From positions 40,467,323-40,531,322 of the forward strand of contig NC_057719.1 in the NCBI RefSeq assembly GCF_004010195.1: DNA of 64,000 nt. The letters are read 5' to 3'. The stretch comes from Chiloscyllium plagiosum (taxonomy: Eukaryota). The notes under the pieces are model-generated. The model was not told where the DNA came from and searched no databases. It worked only from the letters and a program-made list of their open reading frames with translations. Each line of letters begins with the position of its first letter. Position 1 is the first letter of the stretch. Shown here piece by piece: positions 63,330-64,000 of the stretch. The translations under genes were made by a program, and so were the position numbers.

Positions 63330-63770
63330 GGTAAAGGAAGGGTGACAAAAACTCGCAGAAGTAAGACGGTTAGAATCTGGTGTTGGAAGAAAAAATTATG
63401 TTATTTACTATTGTGAAGGTGCACAGTACAGAAGTAAAGCAGGAATCCTTGTAAACATGAGATAACAATGCCCTTTGATCTGAATCATGATCACACCATC
63501 TGAGATTGGCCAGATCAGGGTCATTGTCAAATCTCAGATATTGTGATCAAGATTAAGATCAAAGGAAAGCCTTTTGATCTGATTATCGTATAGATTTATG
63601 TCTGAACACAAGATCACAGTGAGCAGGAAATTGAAGCATTTTATTGTGACATCCTGAAGAGTTATGATCAAATTAAATCAACTGATGTGGCCAATGTAAT
63701 GGATGACGTAAACACTAAAATTAGTGAAGGAACCTTTGGAACATTTGTCAGTCAAAATGGGAAATGATCT
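63330..63770 (+). mobile_element. Ancient RTE/BovB-like endonuclease fragment
   Basis: IKIKGKPFDLIIV*IYV*TQDHSEQEIEAFY...VMDDVNTKI resembles RTE APE motifs GKPFNIT.IQVYAPT..FY..IGDWNAKVG. Confidence 0.6.
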
Positions 63771-63778
63771 GATGGTGA

Positions 63779-64000
63779 TTAGATTAGATTAGTGACAGTG
63801 TGGAAACAGGTCCTTCGGCCCAACAAGTCCACACCGACCCGCTGAAGGGCAACCTACTCTCCAACATTAACCCCTTCACCTAATACTATGGGCAATTTAT
63901 CTTGGCCAGTTCACCTAACCTGCACATTTTTGGACAGTGGAGGAAACCGGAGCACCCGGAGGAAACCCACGCAGACACGGGGAGAGTGTGCAAACTCCAC
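63779..64000 (-). mobile_element. HE1-type SINE (3' part; runs off the window)
   Basis: Reverse complement of the 31490 copy, ttagattagattag tail. Confidence 0.9.

Noticed and set aside
1..64000. CRISPR arrays, operons or prokaryotic systems
   Set aside because: The sequence is an intron-rich vertebrate locus with no regularly spaced repeat-spacer array.

Overview
This is vertebrate genomic DNA, very likely an elasmobranch (shark), inferred from HE1-type SINEs and abundant CR1 and Penelope-like elements (PLEs). Two spliced genes lie on the + strand. The first is the 3' part of TDRD9 (13 coding exons, 71..41984), covering the Tudor domain through to the stop codon. About 4.3 kb downstream is the 5' part of ASPG (L-asparaginase/60-kDa lysophospholipase; exons 1-6, 46322..58613, continuing beyond the window), the same order as human TDRD9-ASPG. 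I placed exons by GT-AG sites, phase continuity and recalled similarity to the human proteins. Introns are dense with retroelements (CR1, RTE, Rex/Babar, PLEs, HE1 and Deu-type SINEs) and pogo/Tigger-like MITEs, and there are two N gaps. The most interesting signal is a set of TSD-flanked, fold-back PLE-derived mini-elements carrying minimal hammerhead-ribozyme motifs. One subfamily shows a U3-A8 covariant core, and one element inserted directly at a TDRD9 splice donor. Repeat boundaries are approximate and family names come from motif recognition, not a database search.
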